Notes under the pieces: generated by a model | Told to the model about the DNA's origin: nothing | The model's database searches: none | The model's input: only the letters and a program-made list of their open reading frames with translations | Part shown: piece after piece, positions 1 through 9,589 of the stretch | Layout: every line of letters starts with the position of its first letter | Position numbering within the stretch: position 1 is the stretch's first letter | Translations under genes and position numbers: made by a program | Assembly: GCF_004010195.1 (NCBI RefSeq) | Contig: NC_057751.1 | Location: forward strand, 14,853,629-14,873,628 | Length of the DNA: 20,000 nt | Origin: Chiloscyllium plagiosum | Taxonomy: Eukaryota | Direction: 5' to 3'

Positions 1-409
1 CTGGAATAAATCACTTGTGGGTTTATAAATGTTTCAGAGTGACCGTGGTTGTCTAGCGTCGCTCGGCAGGTATGAGCCAGCACAGGCTGGGGAGCAGAGT
101 GAGTGTTCAGACACAATTGGGAAGGGAGGCTACTGGGCACCAGCAGTTGGCAGAGACTGTGCACAATTATGTTTCAGAATCTCTACGGTGTGGAAACAGG
201 CCATTCGGTCCATCTTGTACTGACTGCAGAGTACAAGCATAGCAGGAAATGACCAGGCAAAAAGGGTGGAAGTTTTGATCACTGCAGAGGAAGGTCTGTT
301 TCTGTGCTGTTGATCTCTGGAACGAAAAGGCTTTCAAAGCCCTTGGATCTGATGGTTTATGAGTATGAGCAGAAATGGCGACGTGAGTAAGTGGACAGAG
401 ATTGACTGC

Positions 410-1330
410 ATGAGTAACCATCTTCCGAAACTCCCTGGATTCTGATACGACACTCCCTCTGTTCAAGAAAGCAGGAGATGATAAGCCATGGGAAAACAGT
501 AGAATTGATTTGAGGAGGGAGTGGTAGGCCGTTTAGTCATGAAACTTCTCAATTCTGAAAGTGTAACAAGCAGGAGGGACAGAAGATGGAAAGTATTTGG
601 ATTGCCAAAAGGCTCAGGTGCCATCACTAAAATAAGAGTTTCTGATCTACAGGGGGGAAGAGAGAATTGGTGAACAAACTAAAACAGCATAAAAGGGGTC
701 ATGGGTTGTGTTGAGCACATGGTCAACAAGGTGACTGCTGGGGACAGAATGACGTGAAATCGAGCTGAGCTCGAATGGAACGAAATTTCCTCAAAATATT
801 TAAGCTGAGGAGAAAAGCCAGTTCTGTGGATGGTGCAAAGCCTCGACCAAAGTTCAAATAAAACCTGACGGCAGAAGAACGGGTGGCTGGAGAATGATGT
901 GAGAATTAGGAGGGTCACTGGGACACAGGAAGGTTCAAAAGCAAGGTGGGGTGGTTACATGGCCAACACAGGATGGTGCTTCACTCGATCGAGAATAGAG
1001 AGCCTTGCTGAACCTACTCCTGAGATGCTGCACGGTACTTGGAGATTCAGAATGATTCCTAATTAGACCAGTGAGAGAGAGAGAGATGTCACACCGGACA
1101 GTATGTCCCCAAGGAATGAAAAGCCCCTTCCCAGTTGTTGCAGTGGGTGAGATGGTCAATGACACTCTGTGTGATTGAGAGAGTAGGAGGATTCCTCTGT
1201 CAGTGAGGGTTGTCAATGCACCAAGACTGAAGACGGTCTTGCAAACTGATTTAATCGTCAGATTAATTCTGGTCGTTTGAAAAAAAAAATGAATTTGGAA
1301 AATGCACAGCCCGGATTTGAACTGGTGCCT
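410..1330 (+). mobile_element. Highly degraded CR1-type LINE ORF2 / 3' remnants
   Basis: Patches resemble the better-preserved CR1 copies in this window, e.g. 'accatcttccgaaactccctggattctg...ccctctgttcaagaaag' (I-F-x-N-S-L-D-S...P-L-F-K-K) and 'cagtgagggttgtcaatgc' (the 'QRVVxxWN' region). There are many indels and the boundaries are approximate. Confidence 0.45.
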
Positions 1331-2151
1331 CTCAGCACGTACTCTTCCAAGCACATCACTTTTACCATGTGTGTTCACTTGGAAGCTGGGAGGTTTGGTG
1401 ATGTCTTTGAACTGATATACCCATCTGTTGTGCTACTCAATGAAATGTTAAGTTTACGACCTGAAGCTTTGTAAGTGTGAAAGTCCTGGTGGTGCTGAGG
1501 AAAAGCAATGGGCTTATAAAGGCAGAGAGTTTGGGTTCAAATCCCACCTGGCCCACAACGTGATTTATATTTTTTGGCAAGTTTTTCTCTTGTTAAGAGC
1601 AGTAAAACCTGGCAGCCTCTGGTGGCCCTCCCTACAGTTATCATGGAGTTTACATTTGATCTTACTCAGCACTCAGTTCACTACCACTCCAAATTAAACT
1701 AGAGCTAACCTTTCCTCTCGTAGGCTATATCTAAGACCCTGCCTGGGACTTGAACTCAGTACCTTTCAGATCTCATCCAAGCCCTCAAACTGCATGCCAC
1801 CAGACACATGCCTGAAAAGGTGAGCTTTTGGGAAATCCTTATATGTTAAGTATCTCTCATCCAAAAAATTTCCAGTCATCCAGCTGCCAAGATCAATTCT
1901 TGGTTGTGAAGATTTGATTTCTGAATCCTAAGTTCTATTTCATGTTTGTCCCTGCTTCATGATCCCCCCTGAAATACACCACCTTCCACTTTTACTGATA
2001 AAATAGTGATTGTGCAGTCTGATGAAGTTAACCAGTCACTTATCACGGGGTCAGATCCTTCAGCACATCTTCCTCAATCAGGCAGCAGATGGGAATATCA
2101 GCTCCTGCAGGTTCCCTCTCTGAACCATTCGCCACCCTGACCTGAAACTGG

Positions 2152-3328
2152 CATGAGATCAAAATCACAGAGTCAGACGGCACAGAAACAGATCCTTTCG
2201 TTCAAAAAGTCAACGCCGACCATATCTCAAGCTCAACCTGTCCCACCTGCCTCCAAGTGTTCCTTTTCATGTACTCAGCAAATTTTAAACATTATAAATG
2301 CCCCCGCATCCACCACTTCCTCTGAAAGTTCATTCCACACACTAACCAACCACTGGATGCAAAATAAACAGCCCTTCCTGACTTTTGCAAATCTTTCTCC
2401 TTATCTTAAAAATACACCACCTTGTTTTGAAACCTCTACCCCGAGAGACAAGACAGCTTATCTGCACACCTCATGATTTGATAAACCTCTGTAAATCTCA
2501 GCTTCTGACATTCCAAAGAGCTCCAGCTCAAACCCTCCATTGCTGGCAGCAGCGTGGGAAGTCTCGGCCGAGCCCTCTCCCATTTAATAAGCAGGGTGAC
2601 CAGAACTGCACACAGAGGCCTCAGCAGTGAAGGCAAGTGTGCTAAACACCTTAACCATCCTCTCTTGCACCATATGTGGTGCTAATTTCCAAGAATTATG
2701 TCGGTGAACTCTGAGGTCTCTCTTTATAGAAGTTGTTTGTTTTTGCAAAAATGCAACACCTCTCAGTTAGCCAAATTAAACTCCATCTGCCACTCCTCAG
2801 CCCATTGGTCCAACTGATCAAGATCCCTTTGTAATCAGAGGTAACCCCCTTCAACATCCACTAAGCCTCTGATCTTCGTGCCATCTGCAAACTTAGTAAC
2901 CACGCCTCCAAGATTCTCATCCGAACCGTTTATATAAATGACAAACAAAGGTAGACCCAGTACCGATCCCTGTGGAACACCACTGGTCACGAGACTCAAT
3001 CCAAAAAGAACAACCCTCTGTCTCCCACCATAAAGTCAATTTTGTATCCAATTAGCAAGCTCACCCTGAAACCCAACTTTACTCTACCACATGGAACCTC
3101 ATCAAAGGTTCCATGTGCTCTACCTTCAATCTTACGTTCTCAAAAACCTGAAAATCATATCGTAAGACCTGATTTCCAGGCACAAAGCCATGCTGACTGA
3201 CCCTGATCCTTCCTTGCCTCTCCAAATACATGTAAATCTTTCAAGAATTACCTCCAACAACTTACCCACCACCGAAGTTCGACTCAGAGATCCACTGTTC
3301 CCAGGCTTCCCCTTCTAGCCTTCCTGAA
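2152..3328 (-). mobile_element. CR1/HER1-type LINE, 3' part (decayed), interrupted by a Penelope-like element
   Basis: Colinear with the CR1 at 16553-18150. For example 'aaactccatctgccactcctcagcccattggtccaactgatcaagatc' matches 17543-17588, 'ccatctgcaaactta' is the reverse complement of K-F-A-D, and 'cacagagtcagacggcacagaaacagatcc' is a tail-like end. Confidence 0.8.
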
Positions 3329-3330
3329 AG

Positions 3331-3505
3331 TGGACAGGCAAAAGGCTGGAAGAACACAGCAAGCCAGGCAGCATCAGGAGGTGGGGATGTCGACGTTTAA
3401 GGTGGAAGCCTTCTTCAGGACTGGGGTTGGGTGTAGGGGGAGCTGCAGATAAATGGGGTGGTGGGGGCAGGATGGTGAAGTGGGGAGAGGTGAAGACAGG
3501 CAGAG
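3331..3505 (-). repeat. 3' pseudo-LTR of the PLE (inverted partner at ~5482-5650), with a degenerate hammerhead core
   Basis: The reverse complement '...ctgcagctccccctacacccaaccccagtcctgaagaagg...ccccacctcctgatgctgcctggcttgctgt' matches the plus-strand text at 5530-5622. Confidence 0.8.
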
Positions 3506-3735
3506 GGTATGAACTAGTTGGTCAATGGGAGGAATGAATGTGGTTGGTGGCAGGGAGGAGGAGGGTCAGGTCAGAGGGTCAGGGGCTGGGAAGGGAGGTT
3601 ATTTGAATTTGCAGAAGTCAATGTTCAGTCCTCCGGGCTGTGGGCTGCACAGGCTGAGGATGAGGTGTTGTTCCTCCAATTTGTGGTTTGGTTCATTCTG
3701 GCAGTGGAGGAGGCCAAGGATGGTCACGTCAGAAA

Positions 3736-4361
3736 GGGAGCGGGAAGGGGAATTAAAATGGGCAGTGACTGGGAGGGTGGTCATGGAGAGGGAGTGGGAA
3801 GGGGAATTAAAATGGGCAGTGACTGGGAGGATGGTCATGGAGAGGGAGNNNNNNNNNNNNNNNNNNNNNNNNNNNNNNNNNNNNNNNNNNNNNNNNNNNN
3901 NNNNNNNNNNNNNNNNNNNNNNNNNNNNNNNNNNNNNNNNNNNNNNNNNNNNNNNNNNNNNNNNNNNNNNNNNNNNNNNNNNNNNNNNNNNNNNNNNNNN
4001 NNNNNNNNNNNNNNNNNNNNNNNNNNNNNNNNNNNNNNNNNNNNNNNNNNNNNNNNNNNNNNNNNNNNNNNNNNNNNNNNNNNNNNNNNNNNNNNNNNNN
4101 NNNNNNNNNNNNNNNNNNNNNNNNNNNNNNNNNNNNNNNNNNNNNNNNNNNNNNNNNNNNNNNNNNNNNNNNNNNNNNNNNNNNNNNNNNNNNNNNNNNN
4201 NNNNNNNNNNNNNNNNNNNNNNNNNNNNNNNNNNNNNNNNNNNNNNNNNNNNNNNNNNNNNNNNNNNNNNNNNNNNNNNNNNNNNNNNNNNNNNNNNNNN
4301 NNNNNNNNNNNNNNNTGGAGAGGGAGCGGGAAGGGGAATTGAAATGGGTGGGGACTGGGAG
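3736..4361. repeat. 54-bp minisatellite inside the PLE endonuclease region, spanning an assembly gap
   Basis: The unit 'gggagtgggaaggggaattaaaatgggcagtgactgggagggtggtcatggaga' starts at 3736, 3790 and 3844 (period 54) and resumes after the gap at 4322. Confidence 0.85.
3849..4315. other. Assembly gap (467 N)
   Basis: Run of N. Confidence 0.99.
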
Positions 4362-5481
4362 GTCCAGGTAGCTCCTGCAGGCCTAGCTGAGATACTCGGT
4401 GAACCGTTCCTTAAGTTTATGCTTGGTCTCCCCGATATAGAGAAGGCTGCATAGGGAGCACCTGATGCAGTAAACTAGGTTGGAGGAGAGGCAGGTGAAC
4501 CTCTGTCTCACCTGGAAGGACTGGTTGGGGCCCTGGGTGGAGGTGAGGGGACGTGGGGTGTACCAGCAGGTTTTGCATCTTTTCTGGTTGTAGGGGAACT
4601 TGGGGGAATGGGTGGGGAGAATGGCGCAAACCAAGGATTGTTGAAGGGAATGGCTTTTTGCGGAAGGCAGAGAGGAGGGGAAGATGTTCTTCAGCTAGTT
4701 GGAGATGGTGGACCTGTTTGAGGATGATGCGTTGGATGGTGGGAGTGGTGTGATGGTAAGTGAGGACAAGGGGGACTGTCTTCATTGCGTTTGGAGGCAG
4801 GGGGGTTAGAGCAGTGGAATGGGCAATGGAGGGCTGTCTGCATGATGGGGAGAGGAAAAGCAAATTGTTCCAAATAGGTGGACATCTGGGATGCTCGCCA
4901 ATGGAATGTCTCCTCATCCGAGCAGATGAGGCAGAGGAATTGGGAGAACGGGATGGAGTTCTCCCAGGAGGGTGGGCGGAGGTTGAGTCCACGTCGTTGT
5001 GAGAATCTGTGTGTTTATCGTAAAAGTCCCTCTGGAGACAGAAATGGTGAGGTCCAGAAAGGAGAGGGAGGTGTCCGAGATGGACCGAGGGAATTTGCAG
5101 GGCGGGGTGGAAGCTGTGGGTGAAGCCGATGAACTGCTCCAGTTCAGCCTGTGGTGCAGGATGCTGCACTGATGCACTCATTGATGTAACGGCAGAAGAG
5201 TTGAGTCGCAGTGCCTGTGTTCGACATCGAGGCAGGCGTAGCTCGGGCCCATCTGGGTGCCCATGGCCACCCCCTGAATTTGGAGGGAATGGGAGGAGTT
5301 ATTAAGGGTGCGGACTATTCGGCGAGGCAGTGGAAGGGGACCGGATGGGTGTGTTGGAGTGGAAGAAGCAGAGGGCCTGGAGGCCATCCTTGTGGGGTAG
5401 GGCTGTGTATAAGGACTGCACATCCAGAGTGAAGAGAAAGTGCTGGGGGGGGATCTGGGAGTTACCACTGGGTTGCACCCT

Positions 5482-5685
5482 TGACCTGCCTTCACCGATT
5501 CACCACCCTATCCCCACCACATCCTTCACCTGCAGCTCCCCCTTCACCGACCCCCAGTCCTGAAGAAGGGTTAATACCCAAAATGTAGCCTTCCCCACCT
5601 CCTGATGCTGCCTGGCTTGCTGTCTTCTCCTCACCTGCTTGCCCGCCTTGGATTCAGCATCTGCAGTGGGTTTTTTTTTTGTCTC
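5482..5685 (+). repeat. Inverted 5' pseudo-LTR of the PLE with a hammerhead-like core (5560-5585)
   Basis: Inverted copy of 3331-3505. It contains CTGAAGA-A-GGGT-taat-ACCC-AAAAT and ends 'agcatctgcagtggg(t)10gtctc'. Confidence 0.8.
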
Positions 5686-6300
5686 TTCCTTTAACATGAC
5701 CCACGGTCCAGTGTTTCTGCCACCGGACACAAACATATCTGCTCAGGGTCCCTGCAATTTCTTCCCCAACTTCCCACAGCACCCCCACTTGATCAGGTCT
5801 CGGAGACTTTTTCACCTTTGTCTTTTCGAAAACTTCCGGCACCTCCTCTCCCGTAAAGTGAACTGCTTTCAAAACATCAACATGCATTTCCCCTGGCGTT
5901 GTCCAGCCGGTCATTCATGGCCAGCCCTCTCGGCTCATTCCCGTATGCACCGTGACCCTTATTGGACGTGATCACCTTTGATGAAGCCCTTGGTTGAATG
6001 CCTTCTGATTATTTAAGGCGAGCACATCATCATAAGCTCCCCTTTGTCCACAGCACACATTACCTGCTCAAAGACCTCCAACGGGACTCAATCAAGCGTG
6101 ACTTCGCTTTCACAAAACCATGTCGACTGCCTGATCACATTCTAATTTCCTGCCAAGAATAGGGAGTCGCACTTGCCACATGATGGACACTGAGCTTAGT
6201 GCTTTCTGACCCCTTTCTGCTCTTGAATAGCAGTCACATTGACTGTTTTCCACTCTGATGGGACCTTGCCAGAATCTAGTCCTGAAGACGCAGTCGGTCT
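5686..6300 (-). mobile_element. Continuation of the interrupted CR1 plus further CR1 fragments
   Basis: 'acaaacatatctgctcagggtccctgcaatttcttccccaacttccc' matches the CR1 at 18199-18231 and 18366-18392. ORF 5654-5914 contains KKSPRPDQVGVLWEVGEEIAGTL (the CR1 KSPGPD...EEIA motif). '6098 gtgacttcgctttcacaaaaccatg' is a second CR1 fragment. Confidence 0.7.
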
Positions 6301-7321
6301 CTATACAGGTCGAAAGAGCCAGCCACTCATGTTTTTCCACAAGCATTCTTTCCCCGCAAGACACATTCACTCACACATCGACTCATCTCAGCTGTCTGCA
6401 CCTCCATTTATTCACTCATACGTACAAGTGAACACTCAATCAAACACTCAGCAACACCTCATTTGCAGCTCTCCAGTCATAGACTGGATGAAATAAGCAC
6501 GGCCCAGTCTCTTTCTGGGGAATGAGGTGAAGGTCGGGTCCTGGATCACAGGAATGGAGCTGGTCTGAGAATCACAGGTTCAGGCCCCACGTTGGCTCAT
6601 GTTGATGGCACGTCTTGGGTGGGGGCAGTGCAGAGGTCTGGGTTCAGGCCCTCCAGGTCAAGACCACGCAAGGCATGTTCACGACCCGGCTGAGCCTGGG
6701 AATCTTCCTAGCATTACCCCACGGAAAGGTGTGGGAATCAGAAATAATTTTTTTTTTAGAAAGGGGCCTGTTCCCTGCTGGGAAACACAGGCATTCTGTC
6801 ATGAATGGAGTTAAAAAAATCTATTTTAAGGCACATCATGGCTACTTTGAAGATACATTAAATCATCACACGAACTGGACTGAGCTGTAGCCCTCGCGAC
6901 GTTTCTCAGAGGTCAACATCAGTCAGTCAATGCTCCTCATGAGACTGGAATACGAAGTATTGTGTTTTGAGCTGCGATAGAAGCCATGACAGAAAACCCA
7001 GTGCACCAAAACTGCTGGTGGCAGCAACCTTAAGAGACCATGCGTAAATCGCTTACCCTCTGCCATGGCCAAACTGACTCAATGGTAACTCATCTCCAGG
7101 AGTCTGAGTCTCACGCCCCAAAACTGAACCCAATTTTCAGCTCCAGCTACAGACAGTACTCAATTTCTGAATGCACAACTTCGAAACAAGATCCCGTTTT
7201 AAAATCAAAGAGCTAGCGTGAATGTTCATTCATACTTACAACCAGTCATTTTATACTCTATGGTGTTCCGACTAGTGTGCATATGTACTCAGGAGTGGGA
7301 CCGATGCATAACTTGTGCCTC

Positions 7322-7960
7322 TCGTGGGTGTAGTGGACAGCGAAGAGGGTTGCCTCAGATTACAACAGGATCTGGACCAGATGGGCCAATGGGCTGAGGA
7401 GTGGCAGATGGAGTTTAATTCAGATCAATGCGAGGTGCTGCATTTTGGGAAAACAAATCTTAGCAGGATTTATACACTTAATGGTAAGGTCCTGTGGAGT
7501 GTTGCAGAACAAAGAGAACTTGGAATGCAGTTCTGTAGTTTGTTGAGAGTAGAGTCGTAGATAGATAGATAGATAGTGAAGGCGGCATTTGGTACGCTTT
7601 ACTTTATTGGTCAGAGTATTGAGTACAGGAGTTGGAAGGTCATGTCGTGGCTGTACAGGACATTCCTTGGGCCACTGTTGGAATACTGCGTGCAATTCTG
7701 GTCTCCAAAAAATGTTGCGAAACTTGAAAGGGTTCAGGAAAGATCGACACGGATGTTGCCAGAGTTGGAGGATTTGAGCTGCAGGGAGAGGTTGAATAGG
7801 TTAAGAGGCATTTGGATGGGTATATGAATAGGAAGGGTTTGGAGGGATATGGGCCGGGTGCTGGCAGGTGGGACTAGATTGGGTTGGGATACCTGGTCGG
7901 CATGGACGGGTTGGACCGAAGGGTCTGTGCAGTACATCTCTCTGACTACCTCTATATAAC
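7322..7960 (+). mobile_element. CR1/HER1-type LINE 3' fragment with internal deletions
   Basis: Translations GVVDSEEGCLRLQQDLDQMGQWAEEWQMEFNSDQCEVLHFG and LYRTFLGPLLEYCVQFWSP...LERVQERSTRMLP are typical CR1 ORF2 C-terminal motifs. The 3' UTR is near-identical to the reverse complement of 19720-19845. Confidence 0.9.
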
Positions 7961-8540
7961 TGCTGCTCTACACCACCTTTACTGACAAATCTGGCTACAA
8001 CAGAAAATCCTCTGGCATGTGAATTAGAAAGACAGCTCCCGACCCTCGAATTGTTCTCTCTGCAAGTTTAAAACAAAAGCCCTCCTTTTGTCGACACAGT
8101 GAAGCACAAGTCAGATTTCAGTGCAAAGACTTTCAAAAGGATGTCTAAAGAGAAGAAACTGCCTCCGACTCTGAATATTACTGGTTAGCTTTGCAATTCC
8201 AGGCTGGCATCTCCACTTTTGAGTCCCTCACGTAGTGAAACAGAGAGATAGGATGAGGCCGTTCAGCCTATCCAGCTGATCAAACACATGAATGCCTTTT
8301 CCACCCAGGCCACGGTCATCTGGGGTACCTCGGCTGAATCCTGAAGCTTGAACTGACTGACTGAACTTCACCATTGTGGTACTTGTGAAGGCCTGGGTCC
8401 GGAACTACGGGGAGCGGGACAAACTCAGATGGTGTTTTTAATCTTTGACAGGAAAGAAAGGAGGAAATTGAAGAACAGTCTGCTTCTGGTCAGGAAGGGA
8501 GGGACTTGACTCAAATCGGTCCACAACAAACCACCAGGCA

Positions 8541-8627
8541 TTTATTCACTTACTCGCAAACTCCACGTCAGCCTTGCAGCTTTTCAGTCGGGACCCGTGC
8601 ACTCACGCACGCACTCACTCATTTATT
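8541..8627 (-). promoter_or_regulatory. Candidate polyadenylation signals (AATAAA) for NUDT18
   Basis: tttatt at 8622-8627 and 8541-8546, about 210 and 290 nt downstream of the NUDT18 stop codon on the minus strand. No transcript evidence. Confidence 0.4.
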
Positions 8628-8836
8628 GGTTTGCTGCCAATCGAAAGGTGATGCTGATATCCCTGGAACCAAACACTCAGGGGTGGGGGTGGGGGGGCTT
8701 TCTCTGCTCTCGTCTCGGTCTTTTCATTCAAGGGAGTGATGCCAAGCCAGCGCCAATATTCCTGTTCAGAGCTGCCTGACTCAAGTGCACCCACACAAAT
8801 GAAAGTGGTCGCGACGCCTCCGTTTCCCACCAGATT

Positions 8837-9438
8837 TTAATTCAAGAACGGCACAACGGAAGCGAAAGACAACCTCTCCAGCAACTGAATTTTCAAATCA
8901 TCATTGTCGATTTGGTACCAGCTGTACTTCACGCTGCTGACGTCGGGCGGGGACTGGCTGTAGGTGCCCTCCAGGGGGGCGATGGTGACCAGGACGTTGA
9001 AACAGACCCCGTCGGCCTTCCCGGGGACCGCTCCGGTGTGCTGCAGGCTCAGGATGCCGTGCGTTTTCACCCGGAGCTGCGCCTCCCTCAGGCACTCCCG
9101 GCTCAGTCTGTAAATGGCCACCTCGACGCTGCACGAGAGCTCGGCGGAGGACGAGCCGCACGCTGTCACGGGGAAGTGGGGCCACTCCTGGTTGCTGGCC
9201 AGCAGCCAGAGGTCGTTGTTCTTGTTGAGAAAGGCCGCCAACACCCTGTGACAGACGAGCGAGCAGGACATCTCGATGGGAACAGTCACTGGGTGAGATG
9301 CCTTCTCCTTGTACTTCACGGCAATGGAGATGAGATTTAAGATGTCCCTGGCTCGGAGCGGAAGGGGCGACACTCTATCCCACCACTTCGCCTGCAAGGA
9401 CTCGGCATCGCTCTCTGACGTGCTCTTCAGAGTTCCTC
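8837..9438 (-). CDS. NUDT18: Nudix hydrolase 18 (8-oxo-dGDP phosphatase, MTH3), last coding exon (~200 aa)
   Basis: The translation GGTLKSTSESDAESLQAKWW...PLRARDILNLI...LVCHRVLAAF...PHFPVTACG...GILSLQHTG...DGVCFNVLVTIA...QLLERLSFASVVP is colinear with the C-terminal two-thirds of vertebrate NUDT18 as I recall it (GGILKTSKEADAESLQAAWY...PLRAHDIL...PHLPVTACG...GLLGLQHLG...DGICLNVLVTVA...SSVVP). The acceptor 'gtgtttgcag|GA' (AG at 9440-9439) falls exactly where homology begins; the TAA stop is at 8839-8837. Open frame, GC-rich. Confidence 0.93.
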
Positions 9439-9589
9439 CTGCAAACACAGCCGCGTCAGGAATTTCACACTCAGACACCACAATTGCACCCCACTCCGTT
9501 GAACAGTGGAAAACCCCCATCGCGAATGACGCTCAACTTAACGATGGAATATGAAAACCGGCCAGCTTTAAAGGCACTCTGCACAGACA

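Larger units (their letters stand above)
3329..5685 (-). mobile_element. Penelope-like retroelement (PLE), 5'-truncated and inactive: RT + GIY-YIG endonuclease with inverted pseudo-LTRs
   Basis: Minus-strand RT motif A LFTLDVQSLYTALPH (~5395-5436), motif B QIQGVAMGTQMGPSYACL (~5230-5285), and motif C mutated to RYINE (~5177-5191). GIY-YIG region CKTC...FTCLSSNLVYCIRCSLCSLLYIGETKHKLKERF (4383-4580) and its C-terminus PVTAHFNSPS...KLEEQHLILSLCSPQPGGLNIDF (3599-3838). Multiple frameshifts. Confidence 0.9.

Noticed and set aside
3736..4361. CRISPR-like array
   Set aside because: Contiguous tandem units with no unique spacers, in a eukaryotic context with no cas genes.
3518..4454. Long ORFs of 274 and 309 aa
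   Set aside because: Artefacts of translating through the N gap; they are antisense to the PLE.
4417..5181. 254-aa minus-strand ORF as a functional gene
   Set aside because: A mosaic of in-frame and out-of-frame pieces of the frameshifted PLE ORF.
7557..7576. (GATA)n microsatellite
   Set aside because: A short slippage expansion inside a CR1; ordinary.
8234..8442. Minus-strand exon-like stretch (polypyrimidine tract + AAG, gtgag donor)
   Set aside because: All three frames contain stops before the donor and no peptide is recognisable; probably NUDT18 3' flank.
8901..9340. Overlapping ORFs (142 aa plus strand, 94 aa minus strand)
   Set aside because: Shadow frames of the GC-rich NUDT18 exon.
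9439..9520. N-terminal 27 codons of the 227-aa ORF (MGVFHCSTEW...)
   Set aside because: Upstream of the splice acceptor and not homologous to NUDT18; this is intronic read-through.
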